Positions 23,738 through 33,829 of a stretch of DNA of 45,031 nucleotides are shown piece after piece. The notes below the pieces were generated by a model. It worked only from the letters and a program-made list of their open reading frames with translations, was not told the origin of the DNA and ran no database searches. The translations under genes and the position numbers were made by a program. Each line of letters opens with the position of its first letter. The stretch's first letter is position 1. This stretch comes from Chiloscyllium plagiosum. Its lineage: Eukaryota. The stretch covers positions 89,597,620 to 89,642,650 of the forward strand of contig NC_057719.1 in assembly GCF_004010195.1 (NCBI RefSeq), written 5' to 3'.

Positions 23738-26197
23738 AAGATATTTACAGAAAGATTTTCTCAATCAGCATGTTTCCAGACTAATGAGTAAGAAAGCAGT
23801 GCGCATTATATGCACAATGAAGGGGATAACTGAAAGTTTGGAAGTGAAGGCTGACAACACATTTATCTGATAAACCAAAGTGTTGTTCACAACTTGTCAA
23901 ACTGTTACAGGATTAGATAAGAAAGAGCAGACAACCCAAGCCAGTACATTACTTTGCAGAGTGGGAACCATTGCTCATGCCAACTAGCAAGCAGAGCATT
24001 GAGGAGAGGGAAGCATAATTTGAAGAGGTGTTCCTTGCTGATTCCACATTTCTGTCATGCATTTCCCTGAGAATATCTGCTCCCAACTTATGCACCACAG
24101 TTCCAGCCTAATAGCATTGTAATTCCCCCTCCCCCAATGAAACATTTTCCCATATCATCTGCGCCTATCCCTCTCCATGACTATAGTAAAGGTCAGGGTG
24201 TTGTAATCACTATCACCGAAATGCTCTCCGACCAAGAGATCTGACACCTGACCTGGTTTGTTGGCAAGCACCAAATCCAATATAGCCTCACCTCTAGTCA
24301 GCCTATCTACATTTTGAGTCAGGAATCCTTCCTGGACACATCTAACAAAGTCTGCTCCATCCAAACTATTTGCACTGAGGAAGTTCCAATCAATATTAGG
24401 GAAGTTGAAGTCACCACCAACAACAGCCCTATTACGTCTGCACCTTTCCAAAATCTGCCTCCCAATCTGCTCCTCCGTGTTTCTGTTGCTATTGGGGGAG
24501 GGGTGGGTCAATAGAAAACTCCCAATAAAGCGGCTGCTTCTTTCTTGTTTCTGATTTCCACCCATTCTGATTCACTAGTCAAATCCTCCTTCATGGCCTC
24601 CTTTTCTGCAGGTGTGATACGATCCCTGATTAGCAATACTTCTCTTCCCTCTCCCTATTCCTTTTGAAACACCTAAACCCCGGAACATCCAACAACCGTT
24701 CCTGCTCCTGTGATATCCAAGTCTCTGTAATGGCCACAACATTGTGGCCTTTGGCTTTGGTCTTTAGGACATCATTGTCTACAGGAATAGTGCCAGAAGA
24801 CTGGAGGATAGCAAACGTTGTCTCCTTGTTCAAGAAGGGGAGTAGAGACAACCCTGGTAATTATAGACCAGTGAGTCTTACTTTGGTGGTAGGTAAAGTG
24901 TTGGAAAGGGTTATAAGAGAATGGATTTATAATCATCTAGAGAGGAATAGGTTGGTTAGGGATAGTCAACACGGTTTTGTGAAGGGTATTGTGTTCTTTG
25001 AGAAGGTTACCAAATAAGTGGATGAGGGTAAAGTGGTTGATGTGGTGTAGATCGATTTCAGTAAGGTGTTTGATAAGGTTCCCCACTGTAGGCTATTGCA
25101 CAAAATAAGGAGGCATGGGATTGAGGGTGATTTAAAGATTTGGATCAGAACTTGGCTAGCTAAAAGAATACAGAGGATGTTGGTTGATGGGAAATATTCA
25201 TCTTGGGAGTTCAGTTTCTAGTGGATTACTGCAAGGATTTATTTTGGGTTCACTGCTGTTTGTCATTTTCATAAATGACCTGGATGAGGGCATAGAAGGA
25301 TGGGTTAGTAAATGTGCAGGTGACACTGTGGCTGGTAGTGTTGTGGATCGTGACGGAGGATGTTTCAGGTTACAGAGAGACATGGATAAGCTGCAGAGCT
25401 GGGCTGAGAGGTGGCAAATGGAGTATAATGCAGAAAAGTGTGAGGTCATTCACTTTGGAAGGAGTAACAGGAGTAAAGAATACTGGGCTAATGGTAGTGT
25501 AGATGAGCAGAGAGATCTTGGTGTCCATATACATAGATCCTTGAAAACTGCCACCAGGTTGATAGGGTTATTAAGGTGGCATACAGTGTGTTAGCTTTTA
25601 TTGGTAGAGGGATTGAGTTTTGGAACCATGAGATCATGCTGTAAGCTGTACAAAATCTGGTACGGCTGCACTTGGAGTATTGAGTATTGTATTCTCACCG
25701 CATTATAGGAAGGATATGGAAGCTTTGGAGAGGGTGCAGAGGAGATTTACTAGATATGGAGGGAACGTCTTACAAGGAAAGGCTGATGGACTTGAGGCTG
25801 TTTTCATGAGAGAGAAAAAGGTTAAGAGGTGACTTAATTGAGAAATATAAGATAATCAGAGGGTTAGATAGGGTGGATAGTGAGAGCCTTTTTCCTCGGA
25901 TGGTGTGGTGTAAAATTATGTCCCAATACATGTGTGAATCATAATGTAACACATGTATTGGGCCAAGCAGTGGAATGTGGTGAAACGGTTAAAAATTATG
26001 TCCCAATACATGTGTGAATCTAACCGGAATGGAGGTGTTGCTTAGTCCCGTGTGAATCTTATTACACACCTCCCCGTGTGAATCTTCTTATCTGTATGTA
26101 ACCAGAATGGAATGTGTTTTTTAGCCTTGCTCTGCTGTTCACATGAATGTTTATATCTGGAAAAGAGTATATCACCTGGAAAAGTCTCCAGTTCGGT

Positions 26198-26541
26198 GAG
26201 TCTGCTCCGGGGTTACGTTTAACCGCCGAGCGTGGGTTGTTGGCAACCGCTCTACAAGAACTGACGGCTCCCAGTTCCGGTAACATGTAGAGTGAGTATA
26301 AGCCAGACCCGGGAGTCTGCTCCGGGGTTACGGTTAACCGCCGAGCGTGGGTTGTTGGCAACCGCTCTACGAGAACTGACGGCTCCCAGTTCCGGTAACA
26401 TGTAGAGTGAGTATAAGCCAGACCCGGGAGTCTGCTCCGGGGTTACGGTTAACCGCCGAGCGTGGGTTGTTGGCAACCGCTCTACGAGAACTGACGGCTC
26501 CCAGTTCCGGTAACATGTAGAGTGAGTATAAGCCAGACCCG
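26198..26541 (+). repeat. Three near-identical 115-bp tandem repeats inside the 5' LTR
   Basis: Unit gagtctgctccggggttac...gagtataagccagacccg starts at 26198, 26313 and 26428. Confidence 0.95.
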
Positions 26542-26974
26542 TTGTAAGTATGAGACCTGGCTGTGGCGACGCTGCGGGGAATAAAATGCTCATATTCTAG
26601 CAGACTCGCCTCTTGGCCGTTTGTTCTGTGTCAGACTACTCTCCTACGAACCTGACCCTGAGAATTTTTTAAAACATTTGGCGTAGCCGAGCAGGGTCAA
26701 TCGCAATTGAGGAGAGATTTTGATACAGAACAATGTTTCGGAAAAAGACCAAGAAACCAGAAGAACAAACTGTGGAGGTCCCGACCGTCCCGGGATGGCA
26801 TGGATGTGGGCATGTACGTGGCAGTTTGTTTGAGAAATGGTGGGGGGCGACCGGAGGAACCCCAGGGTCGCTGCTGTCCACCCTTGAGAGGATCCCAGTC
26901 CTGCCGAAGAACCCCTTGCCTGGGGTACAGCGGAGGATGTGGGCATGTCCAAAAAGCTGAAGCGGAGTTAACAG

Positions 26975-27183
26975 AAATGAATGGGATTGAACTGAACTGA
27001 ACTGAATTGAACTGAAGTGAATCAAATTGAACGGAACAAAATGGAACTGAGCTAAATTGAATTGAAATGGACGGAACTGAATTGAACACAATTGAATTGA
27101 ACTGAACAGACCTGAACTGAGCTGAATTGAACTACACTGAATTGACTGAACTGAAATTAACTGAAACGAATTGAACTGAATTA
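26975..27183. repeat. Degenerate (AACTG/AATTG)n pentanucleotide microsatellite within the LTR element
   Basis: gaactgaactgaactgaattgaactg... seen directly. Confidence 0.92.
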
Positions 27184-28099
27184 AGCATAATGTAACACAT
27201 GTATTGGGCCAAGCAGTGGAATGTGGTGTAAAATTAAAAATTATGTCCCAATGACTCGCCTCTTGGTCGTTTGTTCTGTGTCAGACTACTCTCCTACGAA
27301 CCTGACCTTGAGAATTTTTTAAAACAGATGGTGAAGGCTTACAGGAGGGGACATAACCTTAAATTGAGGGGTGATAGATATAGGACAGATGTCAGAGGTA
27401 GTTTCTTTACTCGAGAGTAGTGGTGGCGTGGAGCACATTGCCTGAACAGTAGTAGACTCGCCAACTTTAAGGGCATTTAAATAATCATTGAATAGGCATA
27501 TGGAGAGCGCTTCTAATTGGTTCCACAGGTCGGCACAACATTGAGGGCCGAAGGGCCTATACTGTGCTGTAATGTCTATGTTCTATCGCAGCTCCAAGTA
27601 ATGATTCATGCTCTTAAGTTCATCAGCCTTATTCCTGACACTTGCGTTAAAATAGACATGCCTCAACCCATCACACTGACTGCAACTTTGCCCATCAAAT
27701 GTCCATCCTTCCTCACAGACTCTCTGCATGCAGTACCTGCCTGTTCACTACCTATCCCATCCTGTAATCTACAGCTCCAGTTTATCTGCCAAACTAATTT
27801 AAACCCTCCCAAAAAACTCTAACAAAATGAGAAAAACTATCTGAATAGCAGAAAGTGAGACAAACAATTCAATTATATGTCAGTATTTTGACCACACATC
27901 TCATTGCCAGTGATGACTTGCTTCAATGAGAGATACAATAATTCTTTGACTGCAGACTATTCAAAAAATTCATCAGGAACATTTGGACGTTAAAATGTGT
28001 TGCGTAAGGGGGCAAGTTTCTGTCTGGTAGCCAGTATTTCTCAATCAGGAGATAATTGCCAACAGTATTCCTCAAATTTTGAACAGTCAAAAAAAATCC

Positions 28100-28640
28100 A
28101 TTATTTCCTTCATCTTTTTCATCAAGACCATCAGAGTGGGAATAGATATATTGGAATTTAATGGAAGAACTTGATTATTATCATTGATAATGCCTCTAAG
28201 TGGATTGGAGTCAATTGTTTACGCAACTCAGCAGAAGTACTGACAGAATCATTCAAGAGAATCTACTCAACGCATAGAATTCTGGACATTGTGTTCTCAG
28301 ATGGTGGTCCACATTTTCATGGGCAATTTAAGAAATTTGTACATGAATATAAGTTCACTTCCCTAATCTCAAGCAAATAGATACAATGGATGCTAAGTAT
28401 AGACAGTAAAAACAATACTAAAGATTCAAGTCTTGTACTATGAAGTTACCGACCCTCACTATTACAGAAAGGGCTTGTACTGTCAATTACTGATGCATCG
28501 GAAATTAATAGCACAACTTGCATGTCTGTCTCAGATGTTGAAATCTCACATTAATGAGAATGGTCGCAACAGAGATAAACACTCAAAACAGAGCCAAGAG
28601 AAAGCCAAGCTCAAAACTTCAAGAAAAGGTACAAGGCACA
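28100..28640 (+). mobile_element. Degraded Ty3/Gypsy integrase remnant
   Basis: IIIDNASKWI...FKRIYSTHRILDIVFSDGGPHF..QFKKFVHEYKF resembles the rve core (VVDYYSRW...IFATHGIPDIVxSDNGPQF). Confidence 0.7.
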
Positions 28641-29535
28641 ACAGCTACCAAGCTGCAGTCCAGGGAGAGAGAATGGATAAGAAATTAAAAGGGAGAAGGA
28701 CGGAGCAGAGCACAAACATCACTTCGGTTCGTCAAGAAGGGAGTAGTACAGAAGTAGGAATGCCCAAAAATGGTCACAATACTCCAGTTACTGCTGAACC
28801 ACCGTTTTAGACAGTTAACATAGTTTCCTTGTTATTATACTCTGTTCCCCAATTCATAAAGCTTAGGACACTGCATGCATAATTAACCAGTCTCTCAACC
28901 TAACCTGACTTTCAGTAATGAAGCTGTTCCCAAACTCTCGTTGGTCTTGCATTCTTTTTAGAAACATCTCCTTTGAATCAGACTGTCTCTCCCCATTCTT
29001 TCTTCTAAAATTGATCAGTTCACAAGTCCCATCACTAAATTTCATTTCTCTGACCATTTCATCAATTGTCTATGATGTTTCAAAATTCTACACTATCCTA
29101 CCCACAGTTCATACTGCCTCCAAGTCATTGACAACTTTTGAACTTGTACCATGCGTACCAAGACCTGGTCATTAATCTACAAAAAAGAGCAGGGTCTGAT
29201 TACCAAGCCCTAAGGAACTCCACTACAAACCGCTCTCTGGTCTGAAAACCATTCATGAACCAAGCTGTGTGTTTTCTGTCACATGGCTAGTTTAATTTCC
29301 CATCAACCTTTTTATACCATGTGCTAGACTTTACATGCAATCTGTTGTGATGTACTAAGTCTTTTGGAAGTCAATTTACGCAAACATATTACACTCAACA
29401 ACTCTATTAAATCTTCAAAAATAAGTCCAGCAAGTTAGTTAAGCACAATTTGCCCACAAATCCACACTAAGTGGCTTTTAATTTTGTCCTGAACGGTTGT
29501 TTCTAGAAATTCCCCTCTGAAGTTAAACTGATTGG

Positions 29536-29907
29536 AGTTTACATTGGAGAAAAGAAGGTTTAGGGGTGACTTGATAGAGGTGTATAAGATGATTAGGGGT
29601 TTAGATAAGGTCGACAGTGAGAATCTTTTTCCTCGTATGGAGTCAGCTATTACAAGGGGGCATAGCTTTAAATTAAGGGGGGGTAGGTATAGGACAGATG
29701 TTAGGGGTAGGTTCTTTACTCAGCGAGTCGTGAGTTCATGGAATGCCCTGCCAGTAGCAGTGGTGGACTCTCCCTCATTATGGGCATTTAAGCGGGCATT
29801 GGATAGGCATATGGAGGATAGTGGGCTAGTGTAGGTTAGGTGGGCTTGGATCGGCGCAACATCGAGGGCCGAAGGGCCTGTACTGCGCTGTATTCTTCTA
29901 TGTTCTA
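29536..29907 (+). mobile_element. Young 5'-truncated CR1 with 7-bp TSD
   Basis: Intact C-terminal ORF (LEKRRFRGDLIEVYKMIRG) and tattcttctatgttcta tail. tgattgg at 29529-29535 and 29908-29914. Same subfamily as 16413-17978. Confidence 0.88.
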
Positions 29908-30589
29908 TGATTGGCTTGTCATTATTGGCCTAATGGGTCACCCTTTTTTGGGAATTTGATCATCTGTGGTGAGAGAAACACTTTGAAAATGAGGCAGAGG
30001 ATTGTTTAAAAATAAGGATCTCAAATACAAGTTAATTGCAAATAAATTCAACAAGGAATTCAGGTGAAACTTCTTTATCCAGACAGTAGTGTGGAACCAT
30101 GATGCTACCATGGGTTTGAACAAATAACACATTAAGCTTCCTGTTAAAAGCTTCTAAGTGCGTAGGGGAGAAAGGAATGGATGAGTATGCTTACAGAGTT
30201 GGAGAAAGTAGGGTGGGAGCTAAACACAGCACAGATAAGTTGGGCTGTAAATTCAACGTGAAATTACATTTGACTAATTGGTGAGACTGCGAGTAATATC
30301 AATGGTCATTACAAAGTAAATGACTTTGAGGAAAAATAGCAGCAAAGGCTATGTCATACTTCATCGGTGGGAATGACAATTCTCTGAATTAATCACTTAA
30401 TCAAGCTCTTGGTCAGAGAACAGGATGACGTGTGAAATAATCAAAGGGGGGATAAACCTTTTCTTTATCTTTTACATCCAAAGCAAAAGACGACAAAAGG
30501 ACATTATGCATTTGATAATTAAGTGCCTGAAGTTACAAAGTTGCATTTCAAGAGCTCAAACATTTAACCTTAATAAAAAAGCAACAAAC

Positions 30590-30736
30590 CTTACGATGCG
30601 TGGAGTAGAGTTTGTCACACATATCCACAGAAATAAGTTGCGATTCTTTCCGATGTCCATCCAAATTTAAAATTCCATATTTGTAGCCAGTTTTATCAGT
30701 TATTGCAGCAAATATCCGCTCCACGTTGGTGTCTGC
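30590..30736 (-). CDS. dcaf4: DCAF4 coding exon: ADTNVERIFAAITDKTGYKYGILNLDGHRKESQLISVDMCDKLYSTHRK
   Basis: ttcaacag|GCAGAC...CGTAAG|gtttgt. 147 bp, phase 0/0. Matches recalled human ADTNSDRLFTVNDV..GGSKYGIINL...ENLYFTNRK. Confidence 0.92.
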
Positions 30737-30834
30737 CTGTTGAACATGGCACATTACAAGCAAGTTTTGTTAAGATTTATATGTATTGTTTAGTCGGTGA
30801 TCATGGAGTCACAGATTTCAGTTACAACACACAC

Positions 30835-31450
30835 ATAAGAACATGAGAAATAGGGACAGGAGTAAGCTGTCTGGCCCTTTGAGCCTGCTCCGCCATTCAA
30901 TAAGATCATGGCTGATCTTTTCATGGACTCAGCTCCACTTACCCATCCTCTCATCGTATCCCTTAACTCCTTTACTGTTCAGAAATCAATCTTTGCCTCA
31001 AAAACATTAAATGCAGTAGCCTCAACTGCTTTTCTGGGCAGGGAATCCCACAGATTCTCAACCCTCCTGAACTCAGTCCTAAATCTGCTTCCCTTTATTT
31101 TGAGGTTATGCCCCATAGTCACTAAGGGACTCTTAGTGGGTCACTAAGTGTCATCTGCGAACTTTGAGACAATACACTTGCCCCAACTCTAAATCATCCA
31201 TTTAAATTGTAAACAACTGCAGTTCCAACATTGATCCCTGAGGAACACCCTTAGCCACAGATCGCTGACCAGAAAATCATCCACTTAACCCCATTCTTTG
31301 CTTCCTGCTCAGTAACCAACCTTCTATGCTAAAACATTAGCCATTACGCCATACACTTTTACCTTATGCAGCAGCCTTTCGTGTGGCATCTTGTCTACTG
31401 CATTCTGGAAATCGAGATACACCACAACCACCGATTCCCCGTTGTCTACC
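30835..31450 (-). mobile_element. Old CR1 fragments (3' UTR plus RT)
   Basis: cataagaacatgagaaatagggacaggagta tail and decayed RT sequence (gtgtcatctgcgaa = FADDT on the minus strand). Confidence 0.7.
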
Positions 31451-31577
31451 ACAGAGAACTTCAATAAGGTGGCCATTCAGCCCATCAAATTCATGTCAAC
31501 TCCCACCCATCCTGGCGGTCACCTCCCATAGCCTTGCAAGTTAGTAAATGGCAGTCCAAATTAAAAATTGGTAGTCA

Positions 31578-31751
31578 CGATGTGGAGGAGCTGGTACTGG
31601 ACTGGGGTGGACAAAGTTTAAAAAAAAATCACACAGCACCAGGTTATAGTCAATGGGTGACAGCTACCTGGTGAAGGAGCAGCGCTCTGAAAGCTAGTGC
31701 TTCCAAATAAACATGTTGCACTATAAGCTGGTGTTGTGTGATTTTTTAACA
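31578..31751. mobile_element. Penelope-like fold-back element, same family as 5080-5254
   Basis: Inverted arms aaaatcacacagcaccaggttatagt / actataagctggtgttgtgtgatttt. Mutated hammerhead core CTGGTGA-aggagcagcgctct-GAAAGCTA. Confidence 0.65.
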
Positions 31752-32089
31752 ATTTCTGTGGTTTCTACCACACTCATGGGCAGTGTATTCTGGGTTATGA
31801 CTACTTGTTTCACACGCCCTTGCACCTCTTGCCCTAAAGCTGAAAACTGTGCCCTCTAATACAGACACTGTTTGACTTTTGCTACTTTATCTAGATTTGT
31901 CATAATCCTGAATATTTCTTACCAAACCTCCTATCAATCTCCTCAGTTCCAAAGAGAACAATCCAAACACACTTTGCATCTAAAATCCATCAACTCTGGG
32001 ACCATCATGGTTAACCTCTTCTGTTATTTTCCTCACCTTTCTGAAAATGTGAGGACACTGGAACTGGACACAATATCCTGGTTCAGTCA

Positions 32090-32596
32090 AAGGTGAATTG
32101 GCCATGCTAAATTGCCCGTAGTGTTAGGTAAGGGGTAGATGTAGGAGTATGGGTGGGTTGCGCTTCGGCGGGGCGGTGCGGACTTGTTGGGCCGAAGGGA
32201 CTGTTTCCACACTGTCAGTAATCTAATCTAATCTAATCTAAAGGGATATGTAGCTGACACCGTCTCAGCTACCAATTGCAGTTCACAGAATCCTTACAGT
32301 GTGGAAACAGGCCTTTTGGCCCAACAAGTCCACATCAACCCTGCAAACAGTAACTCACTCAGACCCATTCCCCTACTACTCTACATTTTACCCCTGACAA
32401 AGGAACCTACATATTCCTGAACATAATGGCCAATTCACCTAATCTGCACATCTTTGGATTGTGGGGGGGAAATCGGAACACCCAGAGGAAACCCACGCAG
32501 ACATGGGGAGAATGTGCAAATTCCACACAGACAGTCACCCGAGGCCAGAATCGAACCTGTGAGGCAGCAGTGCTAACCACTGAGTCACCGTGCTGC
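32090..32596. mobile_element. Two HE1-like SINE copies: 32090-32240 (+, partial) and 32285-32596 (-)
   Basis: V-domain and tail sequences, an (aatct)n tail, and a tRNA-like head ending at ~32596. Confidence 0.8.
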
Positions 32597-33374
32597 CCTT
32601 GCCCTAAAGCTGAAAACTGTCCTCTCATCTTTATACAGATCTATCTAGATCTGTCATAATCCTGAATATTTCTATCAAATCTCCTATCAATCTCCTCAGT
32701 TCCAAGGAGAACAATCCAGCTAGGTGTTACTCAATAATGAATCCACAAATAAATGTCATAAGTAGTTTCATTGCACATACAGATAGGAGTCATGAAGACA
32801 CAGTTACAACAGAAAGAAAGAGACCTCTGCTGCATTTAGTAATAATAACCAACTGGGGATACTTTATGAATCAAAAACGGATTCCCCTCCCACCCAAAAA
32901 ATCATGTGATCACTTAGGAGAAGCTAAATTCCATCTCACTCCCCCACCGATAAACCATGCCTCATTCTCCCCTCTTCCCTGGAGAAACCTCGCTTAACTC
33001 CCTTTCCCTCCTCCAACCCCCATTCTTAAGGTCAGGGTGGAATGTGTTGGTGAAGTTGATGAATAGACTACAGTTACTGTGTTTTTTTTTAACACAAAAA
33101 AATTCTTTCCTTCGCCCATTCTACGTTTCCCGATCCAACATCATTTGTTACTGTCGTACGTATTCCATTCTCCGCTAACAATGCAATCCCACCACCTTTT
33201 CCTTCTGCCTGTCCTATGGACAAGATACATACGTCTGATTGTTTCGTTTAGTTCCCAGATTTGTTCCTCTGTTTCTATCATACTTTCTGGCAGCACATTG
33301 TAGACAGAGGTAACTCACTCCGTGAATATTTCCCCCCCTCACCTCTCCCCTAGTGTTCCTTTTTGTTACCAATA

Positions 33375-33478
33375 ATCTGTATTTTGTTTGCGACGCCGTC
33401 CTATGAGTGGGCTTCTGACCAAAGCCATTTTGGAGTCTAATGTAGGAAACGCAGCAGCTAAGCCATGCACAGCAAGCT
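33375..33478 (-). mobile_element. Possible ancient DeuSINE (SacSINE1/AmnSINE1-like) 3' fragment
   Basis: Minus strand cttgctgtgcatggcttagctgctgcgtttcctacatta resembles the recalled consensus cttgctgtgcgcaaattggctgccgcgtttcctacatta. Confidence 0.5.
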
Positions 33479-33829
33479 GACACAAAAACAACACGACCTG
33501 ACTGGAGCACTGTGTCCGTTTCTGAGCAGCACGTTTTAAGGAAGGATGTGAAGGCGTTTGAGAGTGTGCAGAAAAGATTCACAAAAATGGTTCCAAGCGG
33601 GTGGGACCTTGGTTACGTTAGAGATTGGTCATCTTGGAGACGACAGGGTGAAGAGGTGACTCGATGGAGGTGTTCAGAACCACAAGGGCTGTGAGCAGAG
33701 AAGATGGGCAGAAACTGTTCCCGTTAGTATAATGATCAAGAACAAGAGGGCACGGATGTATTGTAACTGGTGAAAGAAGTAATGGAGGCATGAGGCGAAG
33801 TGAGTAGTTGGGATCTGGAATGCACTGGC

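Larger units (their letters stand above)
25904..27326 (+). mobile_element. Non-autonomous LTR retroelement (ERV/Gypsy-like): 5' LTR 25904-26676, PBS 26679-26697, short internal region, deleted 3' LTR 27222-27326
   Basis: Both LTRs start TGTGGTG and end AAAACA. 5-bp TSD GATGG at 25899-25903 and 27327-27331. PBS TGGCGTAGCCGAGCAGGGT resembles the complement of the tRNA-Ser 3' end. AATAAA at 26580. Purine-rich gggccaagcagtggaa precedes the 3' LTR. Confidence 0.85.
24743..27586 (+). mobile_element. 5'-truncated CR1 RT and 3' UTR, interrupted by an LTR element
   Basis: PEDWRIANVVSLFKKG...NYRPVSL and FINDLDEG. Sequence tttcctcggatgg|tgaagg is split at 25903/27332. Tail tgtctatgttctat. Confidence 0.88.
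24010..27827 (-). mobile_element. CR1 endonuclease-region fragment (24010-24742 plus 27587-27827) split by a later insertion
   Basis: GDFNFPNIDW...GDSDYN and VVAITETW on the left. The upstream part (SVRNKADEL...WSCD) resumes at 27587 and joins across the insertion. Confidence 0.8.

Noticed and set aside
26198..26541. CRISPR-like array or retrozyme-type hammerhead repeats
   Set aside because: The units are contiguous with no unique spacers, there is no CUGANGA/GAAA core on either strand, and the context is eukaryotic.
24010..27586. Apparent twin-priming 5' inversion of one CR1 (minus-strand endonuclease piece joined to plus-strand RT piece)
   Set aside because: The minus-strand element continues at 27587 on the far side, so these are two nested insertions.
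33370..33476. AG/GT-bounded 107-bp segment as the missing DCAF4 exon
   Set aside because: Wrong phase, an in-frame TAG in the required frame, no convincing homology, and probably SINE-derived.
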